A stretch of DNA of 64,000 bases, taken from contig OZ242326.1 of assembly GCA_965208325.1 (NCBI GenBank), forward strand, positions 2,432,001 to 2,496,000, read 5' to 3'. Positions 9,371 to 19,185 of the stretch are shown here, one piece after another. Position numbers and translations under genes: made by a program. Numbering within the stretch: the stretch's first letter is position 1; every line of letters begins with the position of its first letter. This stretch comes from Candidatus Poribacteria bacterium. GTDB lineage: Bacteria > Poribacteria > WGA-4E > PCPOR2b. Under the pieces are notes generated by a model, which did not search any database, was not told where the DNA came from, and was given only the letters and a program-made list of their open reading frames with translations.

Positions 9371-11842
9371 ATGCATCAGATTTTAGGAATATTAATGACA
9401 TTAATTCTTCTACTAAGCACGCCGCATCTTTGCTTTAGCTCAGTCGAGATTCGCGGTAAAGTTATTGACAAAGAGACGGCACAACCGATTATGGGCGCCA
9501 CAGTTAGAATCGAATCCGATGGACAGGACTCGCAAGAGACAACAACGGTACGAGATGGCTCTTTCCATTTTGCTCTGGTTGACTCGGGGCAGATACTGAT
9601 TAAGGTAAGTCTGATCGGTTATGATGATTATGTTGAGATGTTCCAGCTAACCCCCGATACCACGCAAGCGATAGAAATAGCCTTGTTCAGTCGTCTCTTT
9701 GAATTTGCGCCCGTAGAGATCATTGGCAAATCACCGCAGATTAACAGAAAACTCACCGGCACTATTACGGTATTGGAACCGCAATCCGTCGAGTTGATTC
9801 GCCCCGTTGGCACACAGGAATTGCTCGAACTCATGCCCGGCATCAACGGCTACGCTGACGACGGATTCGGGAATTCGCGTTTGAGCATTGGCATCCGCGG
9901 CTTGAATCCGCGCCGCAGTGCGCGAGTCCTAATCCTAGAAGATGGGGTACCGATTCAACCCGCAGTCTACATCTATCCGAATGCCTACTACAATCCACCG
10001 TCAGATAGAATTGATGCGGTGGAGGTCATTAAAGGAAGCGCCGCCCTTCGTTTTGGCCCCCAAACAATGGGTGGCGTCATTAACTATACTACGCATAAAC
10101 CGGTGGGGGCACGCCGATTGGCGAATCAGTTGACGGTCGGAAATAACGGATTTTACAGCGCATTATCGGAGTGGCGCGGCCTCGGCAGCGATAATATCAC
10201 CTCCGACGTACAACTACTTTACAAACACGGCGACGGTTTTCGGGAAAACAATTCGTTCGACCAAGCGAACGGCACCGTAAAGACACTGTTCCAATTGAGT
10301 GAGCAAAAGACGCTCTATCTCAAAGCTAACGGCAATTTTGAAGACTCAAGCGCGACCTACACTGGATTGACGGAATACTCCTTCCGGTCCGACCCAAACT
10401 TCAATCCGAAGGAGGACGATAATTTTAAGGTCATTCGTACATCGCTCGATCTGATTTACACGAACAAGATTTCAAATAATCTCATAAGCAACACCACGGT
10501 ATACACAAGCGTGTTTGACCGCCGATGGTGGCGTGAAGACGATATATTTGTCCGTCCTTCGTCACTCGAAACGGGGAATATGGCGCCGGTTCCCTATTTT
10601 CAAACTGGGGACTTAGTGCGAATAGGCGGCGGAAAAGAGAATTTTGGTATCTTGAGGACGTTTTACGTCGGCGGCATAGAGCAAAATTATACCTTCAAAC
10701 ACCGCCTTGCCGGGACACACAGCAACGCTGACATTGGCGCACGCGTTCACTGGGAACGCTTTATCGACGATAAAAAGATTGGTGATGCTCCAGATGCACG
10801 CGACGGTGTTTACTACACCGGCACGCCGGGGGACACCGAAGACCCCGTGAAAATTGTGGGTCAAAGCCATCACTACGAGACCGCTGCCCTCGCACTCTAT
10901 GCTAAAGAACAACTTGAGTGGGACGAGTTCACGCTGACTCCCGGCCTCCGCTTTGAGGTGTTTAAGCAGGAGCGAGTTGACCGGCTATACGGTTCTGTGC
11001 TAGCCGACAAGGTTTCTTCTGTTGTGTTGCCTGGGTTTGGTGCAAACTACCAGCTTGGTCGTTTCAATCTGTTCGGAGGGGTTCACAGAGGATACACTGC
11101 GCCATCAAGTGGTGCGCTAAAGATTGCCAATTTCGGCCAAAACGTTGACGCCGGCGGGCTCGATCTCAAGGCCGAAAAGAGTTGGAACATGGAAGCCGGT
11201 TTCAGGTCTTGGGGGCAGCGTTTGACCCTAGAAGTCACCGGATTCCTGATTAGCATCTCTGACATAGTCGCCGCAGGGCGTGGTACTGCCTTTAAGAATT
11301 TAGGAAGAGTTGACAATTACGGATTAGAAACCGCGGTTTCAATCGGCGTTTCGCGTTTCGCACCGTTGCTTCCCGACGTTAATCTTGCCTACACTTATCT
11401 CCAGACCGAAATCAAGAGCGGTATCGTCAAGTCTGCCACCATTGCCGGGAACGTAGATGTAGACCTCGTCGGAAACGAATTGCCTTACGCACCGCGGCAC
11501 ACCCTGACGGTCGGATTGGCAAAACAGCTGGGTGATGCCCTGCGCTTGAGAGCAGACATGCGATTTGTCGACAAAGTCTTCACGGACTTCGAAAATATCG
11601 AGCAGACTTTCAATCGCGGCGATACTGGCCCCATTCCAAGTTACACAATCGTCAATGCAAGTGCGGATTATAAAATTTCGAGCCAATGGAAGGCTTTTGT
11701 TGCGGGCAAAAACCTCTTTGACAAAGTGTACATCGGGTCGAGATTGCACTCCAATGCCGGTCAACCAGAAGCAAACCTTAGTTCAGGTATTCTTGTTGGC
11801 CCCAGGCGGCAGATACTTTTTGGTATCAAGCATGGCCTTTAG
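9371..11842 (+). CDS. TonB-dependent receptor (FecA-like) with N-terminal carboxypeptidase-regulatory-like domain
   Basis: Signal peptide after ATG 9371; IRGKVID...IMGATV; plug IGIRGLNPRRS, VEVIKGS..GPQTMGGVINY; C-terminal KNLFDKVY...GPRRQ. Confidence 0.92.
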   Translation: MHQILGILMTLILLLSTPHLCFSSVEIRGKVIDKETAQPIMGATVRIESDGQDSQETTTVRDGSFHFALVDSGQILIKVSLIGYDDYVEMFQLTPDTTQAIEIALFSRLFEFAPVEIIGKSPQINRKLTGTITVLEPQSVELIRPVGTQELLELMPGINGYADDGFGNSRLSIGIRGLNPRRSARVLILEDGVPIQPAVYIYPNAYYNPPSDRIDAVEVIKGSAALRFGPQTMGGVINYTTHKPVGARRLANQLTVGNNGFYSALSEWRGLGSDNITSDVQLLYKHGDGFRENNSFDQANGTVKTLFQLSEQKTLYLKANGNFEDSSATYTGLTEYSFRSDPNFNPKEDDNFKVIRTSLDLIYTNKISNNLISNTTVYTSVFDRRWWREDDIFVRPSSLETGNMAPVPYFQTGDLVRIGGGKENFGILRTFYVGGIEQNYTFKHRLAGTHSNADIGARVHWERFIDDKKIGDAPDARDGVYYTGTPGDTEDPVKIVGQSHHYETAALALYAKEQLEWDEFTLTPGLRFEVFKQERVDRLYGSVLADKVSSVVLPGFGANYQLGRFNLFGGVHRGYTAPSSGALKIANFGQNVDAGGLDLKAEKSWNMEAGFRSWGQRLTLEVTGFLISISDIVAAGRGTAFKNLGRVDNYGLETAVSIGVSRFAPLLPDVNLAYTYLQTEIKSGIVKSATIAGNVDVDLVGNELPYAPRHTLTVGLAKQLGDALRLRADMRFVDKVFTDFENIEQTFNRGDTGPIPSYTIVNASADYKISSQWKAFVAGKNLFDKVYIGSRLHSNAGQPEANLSSGILVGPRRQILFGIKHGL

Positions 11843-11910
11843 TCAAAACCTTTCAAACGAGAGGTTTAATCGGTTAAATTTTTAACCATTCAATTTCAAA
11901 AGGAGAACAA

Positions 11911-13236
11911 ATGAAAACTTTTACCGAGCGGATTCTCTGGACAACTGTGCTACTCTTGGCGACCAGCCTGTTTGTTGTAGGTTGCGGCGAGGATGACACG
12001 GAGGATCCTCTCACTGAAGAACCACCAGACGGCGGCGCCGCCATTCAGGTGCCGTCCGCTTACGTATTTGACAGTCGTTTCGTTGAAGGTAAAAGCAGCG
12101 TATCCTATTCCGGTCAGACGGTTCGCAATCTGCTGTTGCAAGACCTGAAAGTCTTTATTGACAGTTTGGGCAAAGATGGCGCTCGCCCTGCAACTGTTCA
12201 TGAAATGCTTAACCTTTATGATTACGACGATGGACTCAACTTGAAATCACTTAGTGCAGCCGGCGCGCTGCCAGTTTTGGAGAGCCGTTATTCCTCGATT
12301 TCGACCGGCAAAAATCTGTCTGGGAAAATTTCGGGAGATGTTGTCATCGGCTACGACCGTACCGCCGACGAACTGGTGCGAGATTGGTTTCAAATTATCA
12401 CGGATAACTCGGAAAACCCTGATAAACTTGGAACACCGGCGGTCTACACCGATGACAACGGCGTCGACCTGACGCAGATGATCAACAAGGTGCTTATCGG
12501 CGCGGTGCCTTACTATCAAGCCACGGGAGTTTATCTCGACAGCTTGCTAGACCGTGACAACAGCGAGGCGCGCAATGAAACCGACCCCTACACCGCTATG
12601 GAACACGCGTGGGACGAAGCCTTCGGCTACTTTGGCGCTGCCCGCGACTATTCCCGCTATACCGATGAACAACTCGCCGGCAGCATTGATGATTTTACCT
12701 TTGACTCGAACGGCGACGGCAGGATCGACTTCAAGTCGGAGTATAATTTTGGTCTCTCGCGAAACGCCGGCAAGCGTGATAAAGGGGGCTCTGGTGTAAA
12801 CTTTACGCAGGAGATTTTCGATGCGTTCCTCAAGGGCCGCACCCTAATCACTAACCAAGGCACCGTCGCTGAAATCAGTCAACAGCGGCAGATCGCCGCC
12901 AACGGTCTGGAGAAGGTAATCGCCGCAACAGTTGTCCATTATATAAACGATACGCTGAGCGACATGTCCAAGCTGGGTACGGCGGATGAAAATCGCGTCA
13001 ACCAAAATAAGCACTGGGCAGAAATGAAAGGGTTTACAGTAGCCCTGCAATATAATCCGTTCAGGCTGATTAGTGACGGGCAACTCAGGGAATTGCACGG
13101 TATCATGGGACAAGCGCCCGCCTACGACGCGCCCGGCAGCAACCCGTATGACACAACTGTTGCGAACTACAACCGTGCCAAGACTGTGTTGCAGGAAGCG
13201 TATGGATTCTCCGGCGCCAACATGGCAAACTGGTAA
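11911..13236 (+). CDS. DUF4856-family (imelysin-like) lipoprotein
   Basis: AAGGAG RBS; lipobox VVGC; SVSYSGQTVR, YTAMEHAWDEAFGYFG, KHWAEMKGF. Confidence 0.8.
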   Translation: MKTFTERILWTTVLLLATSLFVVGCGEDDTEDPLTEEPPDGGAAIQVPSAYVFDSRFVEGKSSVSYSGQTVRNLLLQDLKVFIDSLGKDGARPATVHEMLNLYDYDDGLNLKSLSAAGALPVLESRYSSISTGKNLSGKISGDVVIGYDRTADELVRDWFQIITDNSENPDKLGTPAVYTDDNGVDLTQMINKVLIGAVPYYQATGVYLDSLLDRDNSEARNETDPYTAMEHAWDEAFGYFGAARDYSRYTDEQLAGSIDDFTFDSNGDGRIDFKSEYNFGLSRNAGKRDKGGSGVNFTQEIFDAFLKGRTLITNQGTVAEISQQRQIAANGLEKVIAATVVHYINDTLSDMSKLGTADENRVNQNKHWAEMKGFTVALQYNPFRLISDGQLRELHGIMGQAPAYDAPGSNPYDTTVANYNRAKTVLQEAYGFSGANMANW

Positions 13237-13248
13237 GATTAAACGATT

Positions 13249-14713
13249 GTGGACGCACATAGGGAAACAAATCGTCGAAATCTTGGCAGATTGGTGATAC
13301 GCAAATTCTCGGATTTGCGTATCACTGAACTTAAATTGTGGTGTATTGTATTCGTCCTATGTGTGGCGTCGCGGTTGCTTACAACCATATTCTACATCGA
13401 AGATTTGGACAGTCTCCGTTTTGCGTTGAGTATGGTTGACTATGATGTCGCCAAGTTGCATCCCCACTTCCCGGCTTACCCCGTTTTCTGTTTTGTCGGC
13501 AAGCTGATTTATGGCGTTACGGGGCGTTATGCCTTGGCGTTTTCTCTCATCGGCGGCATATCCATATTTTTGACGATTTTTTTCCTACTCAAGATTGCGG
13601 GAATTAGAATTACTTCGTCTGCCGGGCTAATTACCGTTTTCGTTTTGTTCATCAACCCGCTGCTGTGGTTGATGAGCAACCGCTACATGCCGGACGCGAT
13701 GGGAGTGGCGCTCGTTTTTGCCGGTCTCTATTTCACAACAGCAAAAGACCAGAATCCGCGTAAAATCGGGTTCGGGTTTTTCCTTGCGGGAGTCTTGTGT
13801 GGGGTGCGTCTCTCCTATCTGCCAATACTCATACCCGCGTTATTCATGCGGTTGCGGACAAATTGGATTTCGCTGCGGTTTATCGCGGCTGGCGCAGTTG
13901 GAGCTATCATTTGGCTGGTGCCTTTAATAATCCTCACTGGATGGGAAACGCTCGTCCAAGCCGCTCAGACACAAAGTCGAGGACATCTTTTGGAATTTGG
14001 CGGCACTGTTGTTAGTCAACCCGGATTGTGGCTACGAATGACAAAGCTTATTGAAGGCGTGTGGGCAGACGGATTCGGGCTGTATTGGGGCGGGCGGCAC
14101 CTTATAACTGCCTGCACAACGGTTACGCTACTTGGAATTCTAGCCGCAAATTGGCGCCAGATAAAAACCGTCAAGCATTCGAGTTTTCTGAGTGCCAGTT
14201 TTATTGGATGTGTGGTTTACCTCATCTGGATTTTCGGCTTTCAGAACGTCGTGAATAAGAGCCGGCATGTTCTGCCGCTGATTCCATTTTTGGGACTTCT
14301 CATCGCCATTGCCTGTGCAAGAATTGCCGGGCATCGGAACCGAATCCTCAAAGTGGTTTTAGCCGGTTTCTTGCTCTGTTACGGATGCGTTACGCTGCAT
14401 CTGGTTGTGCAGCACAAAAAAACCGACGGCGATTGCGCAGATATACCAGTATCTCAAAGCTAAACGGAGCGATAAACTATGTGTGGTCTCGGTGCCGCTG
14501 GTTAAATATTACCTTGAATCTCAAGGGCTGAAAGCGGTCTATATTCCGATTAAAGGTGAGGATGACACCGTGAAACTTGACGAGCAGTTGAGCTCAGAAT
14601 TAGTAGTCATCGGCAGCCCGCTGCACGGTCGAGCAATTAAAACTCGAAAGACATTCTATCACAATCCGTATGTTAATCGAATGTGGCCCGAAATACCCGT
14701 GTTTGAGTATTGA
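13249..14713 (+). pseudogene. Multi-pass membrane GT-C-like protein split by a +1 frameshift in an A7 tract (14416-14422)
   Basis: EDLDSLRFAL..HPHFPAYPV GT-C-like N-terminal loop and many TM helices; deleting one A joins ...VQHKK to PTAIAQIYQYL... of ORF 14405-14713. Confidence 0.7.
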
Positions 14714-14773
14714 TGTGAGAGCGGGGATAACGCTCCTCTATTGTAACGTCAATACTATCGTGTAGGCAGCGAA

Positions 14774-16135
14774 ATGCAATCAATCGAAACTGACGTTCAG
14801 ATTTTTGGCGGCGGCCCTGCGGGGTTGGCGGCAGGTTATTATGCGAAACAGCGCGGCATTGATTTTACTCTCTTTGAGGCGAGTGCACAGGTCGGCGGAA
14901 ATTGCCGCACACTCCGGGCTGGCGGCTTCCGATTCGATACCGGCGCCCACCGATTTCACGACAAAGACCGCGACGTCACGAGCGAGGTCAAAAAACTTCT
15001 GGGTGACGAGCTACTCCACGTCGAAGCACCAAGCGAGATTTTTTTCGAGGGCAAGTTCGTCCGGTTTCCGCTCACACTGAGAAATTTAGTGCGGAAACTG
15101 GACGCCAAAACTTTGCTGAAAATCGCTTGTGATACCCCGGGCGCAGGCCGCGGAAAATCTGCGGATAATTTCGGGAATTTTGCGGTCAATCAATACGGAA
15201 AGACATTGGCGGAACGCTTTCTGCTCAACTATTCGCAAAAACTGTGGGGTGAACCGCCGCAAAAGCTATCTACAGCCGTCTCCGGCAGCAGATTAAACGG
15301 ACTGGACATCAAAAATTTTATCCGTTCCACCGTCATGGGCGATGTTCAACAGCCGAGCCATCTGGACGGTTCGTTCCTTTACCCAAGGTACGGCATCGGT
15401 ATGATTGCAGAAAAATTGCGGGATTTTATTGGAAACCGATGCATCAGAACCAACAGCCGAGTGAGCCGATTAGTTCACAAGAACGGCAAAATCGAACAAA
15501 TCGTATTAAATGACGGCGATGACGAGTTGCGCGCCGCCAAGCTTGTCAACACATTGCCATTGACGCTTACAACGAAAATTCTAGACCCGCCGCCGCCGCC
15601 GGAGCTTCTAGATGTCGCGAATTCAATCAAATTCAGAAATCTGGTGCTATGCGTATTTTGCTTGAACCGCAACTCCTTTTCGCCTAACGCCTCGCTCTAT
15701 TTCCCAAGCGAATCGTTTCCTTTTACACGGCTTTATGAACCAAAAAACCGAAGCATTCACATGGCGCCGCAAGGCCAGACGGCAATCGTGCTTGAACTGC
15801 CGTGCTACAACAGTGATGCGTTGTGGTGCATGTCGGACAAAGCGCGCAAAGCCCAGGTTTGGAAGGCTTTACAGCATGTTAAGTCAATTGCAACTGAAGA
15901 AATTCTCTTTTATCGCTGTTATAAATTGCCTTTTGCCTATCCGGTACTAGAGGTTGGGTTTGAGGAAAACATAAGGCGATTGATTGATTACCTTGAGGCA
16001 TTTGAGAATCTATATCTGACAGGCAGAAGCGCGCTCTTTCGCTATCTGCATCTCCACGACCTGTTCAAAGCGGGAAAAGCGTTGGCAAATCGAATCGTAG
16101 CAGTGTCCGATTCGGTAACCGCGATGCCCACTTAA
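14774..16135 (+). CDS. FAD-dependent oxidoreductase (HemY/UDP-galactopyranose-mutase-like family)
   Basis: GGGPAGLAAG Rossmann motif, FDTGAHRF, FLYPRYGIG, AYPV, GR...FRY. Confidence 0.85.
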   Translation: MQSIETDVQIFGGGPAGLAAGYYAKQRGIDFTLFEASAQVGGNCRTLRAGGFRFDTGAHRFHDKDRDVTSEVKKLLGDELLHVEAPSEIFFEGKFVRFPLTLRNLVRKLDAKTLLKIACDTPGAGRGKSADNFGNFAVNQYGKTLAERFLLNYSQKLWGEPPQKLSTAVSGSRLNGLDIKNFIRSTVMGDVQQPSHLDGSFLYPRYGIGMIAEKLRDFIGNRCIRTNSRVSRLVHKNGKIEQIVLNDGDDELRAAKLVNTLPLTLTTKILDPPPPPELLDVANSIKFRNLVLCVFCLNRNSFSPNASLYFPSESFPFTRLYEPKNRSIHMAPQGQTAIVLELPCYNSDALWCMSDKARKAQVWKALQHVKSIATEEILFYRCYKLPFAYPVLEVGFEENIRRLIDYLEAFENLYLTGRSALFRYLHLHDLFKAGKALANRIVAVSDSVTAMPT

Positions 16136-16185
16136 AGATTGAATTGCACATATTAGGAGGAATGTAGTTTTTTCATTTCACGAAC

Positions 16186-16554
16186 ATGAGCTATAGTGCA
16201 GATTTAAGGAAACGAGTTGTCAGTTACGTTGAAGCTGGCGGCAGCAAAATCGAAGCCGCTCGCCGATTCGATGTCAGTCGAAGGACAGTATACAATTGGT
16301 TAGCGTCAGTCAATCTGCCGCTTAAACCGCGGGCAAGGCACGCCCGTAAATTTGACCTTGGCGCATTAAGGCGTCACGTAAAGGAATTTCCTGATGCCAT
16401 ACTTTCAGAACGCGCTCAACAGTTCGGCGTATCCATAAGTACGATATGGTATCATTTGAATCAGATGAATTTATGCAGGAGAAACCATCAACGCATCAAT
16501 AAGGGAATCGCTGCAACTGTGACAAGTCTTGCCGTGAATTCCGCAACAGATTAG
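16186..16554 (+). pseudogene. IS630-family transposase N-terminal HTH only (no DDE domain)
   Basis: MSYSADLRKRVVSYVEAGGSKIEAARRFDVSRRTVYNW...PDAILSERAQQFGVS; no catalytic half downstream. Confidence 0.75.
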
Positions 16555-16703
16555 GTTTGAAGACGGGGTAAATGTTGTCCATGTTAGTGCGTGTAAATTT
16601 GAATCAAGTACCTTTGTGCAAATTTGAACCGAAAAGGCTATATTACTAGGACGTGTTGACATTTTTGTAAGGCGTGTCCAAAATTCGCCGATAAGCCCCT
16701 GTC

Positions 16704-16752
16704 GTAGGGGCGAGGTTTCCTCGCCCAACGGGTTGGGAAACCCAACCCCTAC
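16704..16752. repeat. GTAG-type REP doublet
   Basis: GTAGGGGCGAGGTTTCCTCGCCC...GGGTTGGGAAACCCAACCCCTAC; half copy near 18606-18628. Confidence 0.7.
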
Positions 16753-16840
16753 GGGAATCGATCCGACATTGGGTCAAGTGAATCAATTTTGGCTCAATAT
16801 TCAAATTTCAACAGAACCTAATTGTGCGAATGGAAAAAAG

Positions 16841-17341
16841 ATGATACACAGCAAATCTCGTCTATTTAGCATAGGCGGATTCGGAACGGTTGTTTTCACC
16901 GGTTCATTGATTGCGCTCACACCTTTATTGCAACAGTCATGTTGGCTAATCTTTTCTCGGTCACTCCTGCTTGCAAACAGTGCGTTTGCCTGCGCGTGTG
17001 CCGCGTCAGCAATCTACCTTATCCAGGAACGCCAACTCAAACGTAAGCGGTTTCTCACGGCATTTAAACACCTGCCGGCGCTTGAGCGGCTGGACACGCT
17101 ATGCCATCAAGGCGTGATTATTGGATTGTCGCTATCGATTCTTGGATTGTTCGCTGTTTTCCGATGGCACGGCAGTTATCACTACGATTGGTCTCACCAA
17201 GTGTCCGGCGTCTGCGGTGTATGTCTGCTCAATCTTGTTCACCTGTTTATTCGCTTTGTTCTACGTCGGCGCGGAAAAACGCTTGCGTATTTTTCAATCA
17301 CTTGCTTTTCAATTCTGCTGCTTTTACACCTATCTTCCTAA
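16841..17341 (+). CDS. Degenerate CcsA/HemX-like membrane protein
   Basis: IYLIQERQLKRK...LPALERLD...IIGLSLSILG matches the CcsA/HemX pattern; WxWD motif not conserved. Confidence 0.55.
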   Translation: MIHSKSRLFSIGGFGTVVFTGSLIALTPLLQQSCWLIFSRSLLLANSAFACACAASAIYLIQERQLKRKRFLTAFKHLPALERLDTLCHQGVIIGLSLSILGLFAVFRWHGSYHYDWSHQVSGVCGVCLLNLVHLFIRFVLRRRGKTLAYFSITCFSILLLLHLSS

Positions 17342-17395
17342 CGGTAAGGAAGATGTACATTTACTCAACCCTCCAACTAGCTAGAAAGGTAAAAA

Positions 17396-17611
17396 ATGAA
17401 TCACACGAGAGAGTTCTTGTCGAGCAACAATATCTGTGCAGTTTACCAATGCCTTGATGGGCATTTTCACCTAAAATACCGCGGCATCGACATCGCCATG
17501 ACTCCACGAGATTTTTACCAAGTTGCCGGTACTATCTCGGAAGCCATGTTAACATTCAAAGATGACAACACAAAGCCTATAACCGACAAGGGGCGTACGA
17601 TTACCGTTTAA
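17396..17611 (+). CDS. Small hypothetical protein
   Basis: AAAGG RBS, 71-aa ORF with CxxxxCxxxHxH. Confidence 0.5.
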   Translation: MNHTREFLSSNNICAVYQCLDGHFHLKYRGIDIAMTPRDFYQVAGTISEAMLTFKDDNTKPITDKGRTITV

Positions 17612-17779
17612 TCCGTCAATTCAATTGCTCAATATTGAGATATAGCGATAACCTTTAGGGGTCTCGCCGCTTAGCGGCTCATTATCTAGCCAATTATGGA
17701 TATTCCTCGGTCCGAATGGCGCGGGTAAGGCAACGACCTCCGGCTAAGCGCAGCCCTCTGCCAGGCGTGCTTACACATC

Positions 17780-18328
17780 TTAATCGAAATATTCATCCTC
17801 TCGAAACGTCGTCCACGACTTAAACACGGGAAACGGCGAGGGCAAACTCTCATCAGGGTCATTCAGTTTGAAGGAGATCTTTTCGCTGTCGAAAACGTTC
17901 CTTACCGAAATAGATATTCCCGACGTTTCAATACAATCGTCGCATCGAGTCGGCAGTATCCTCTCCGAACGCGGTTCGTTGAAATAGATCTTAATCTCGG
18001 AACCGTTCGCCTTCTGTTCAATACGATAATTTTCTGCGCGTATCTCCCACTCATTAATTGCGTAATTTCCCTCGGCATATTGCGCCCAGAGACTAATCCC
18101 GTCAAAGAAATCCAGAATTACCGCTTTTCTCGGACTCGCATCTTTGTCAGGATCAAACTGGCGGAACGACCGATCTTTCAACGTCCTCTTTATCTCGTCT
18201 TCTTCCGATTCGCTCACCGGCAGAAATCTGCCTTCAAACCCGCACGACGATGCGCTAAGCAGCGCGAGTATGAGAATAATCGGCGTTAGGTGGGATTGTA
18301 CAGTTACGGTTGACACAATTGCCTCCAC
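17780..18328 (-). CDS. Hypothetical exported/lipoprotein
   Basis: Hydrophobic leader ending SSC; 182-aa ORF. Confidence 0.55.
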   Translation of the reverse strand: MEAIVSTVTVQSHLTPIILILALLSASSCGFEGRFLPVSESEEDEIKRTLKDRSFRQFDPDKDASPRKAVILDFFDGISLWAQYAEGNYAINEWEIRAENYRIEQKANGSEIKIYFNEPRSERILPTRCDDCIETSGISISVRNVFDSEKISFKLNDPDESLPSPFPVFKSWTTFREDEYFD

Positions 18329-18792
18329 TATATCAAATCGGTTTTATAAGCGAATCTGTTTCTAGTCTAATGTACTAGGTTCTGTTGACATTTATGTGAT
18401 GCTGCCTGTAATCGTAGGGGATCAACCTAGTGAATAGCGAGGGATCAAGCGACTGAATAGGGAGTGCGATAGTTTTACTTATAGTGTTTATCTGGTCACC
18501 TCGCCCATTGACCAACGCGGGCAGGGAACTTCCAACCATACAGATTGAGTTGATTTTGGTCAATCAACGTACAGCAGTCCGAAATCGTATCTGATTGTGA
18601 AAAAAGGGTTGGGGAACCCAACCCCTACGAAGCGTCATGTGTCTGTGCACCGTTCTTGGTTTTCCGGTTGCGATAGAATGTCAACACGCCCTAGTGTACC
18701 ACATGACAGGACAAGAATCAAACCGCTGCAATCTGTGCCTATTCGAATAAAAGCATGTTTTTTAGGTTGGAATCGACTAAGTAAGTGGCGAA

Positions 18793-19004
18793 GGATCAAC
18801 TGCGCGAAAAGATCAAGCGAGTGGACAACGCGCGCGATAGAGATCCCCATTCCCAACCCAACCTACAATATCTTAATCGTTTCCGCTTTACGCATTACTC
18901 GTTACTCGTTACTCGTTACTCTTTACGCTTTACGCTTTGCCGTAGGATCAATCTCCGTATCGCGACACACATGCCCGTGGTCGCTCTACCCAACCTACAA
19001 ATGC
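18793..19004 (+). repeat. ~200-bp direct repeat, copy 1 (copy 2 at 21803-22000), with TTAC(G/T)C(A/G/T) heptamer array
   Basis: Near-identical AAAAGATCAAGCGAGTGGACAACGCGCGCGATAGAGATCC...CCCAACCTACAATATCTTAA block in both copies. Confidence 0.85.
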
Positions 19005-19185
19005 TGGTTATAAAGAAGCGGTCGCTGCTGCGACGTTTATTACACGATTGCACAAATCCGGCTTCGGGGATAGAAGTTTGATAATGCACGGCGAAAAATG
19101 GTATGATACATGTCATGTGATGATTCTTGTGTAGATTCTATTATTCAATCCTCCACAACGCACCAATCGAAAGGGGATATCCACT

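Noticed and set aside
18597..19116. Overlapping short ORFs on both strands
   Set aside because: They lie within REP-like and heptamer repeat DNA and show no protein-like features
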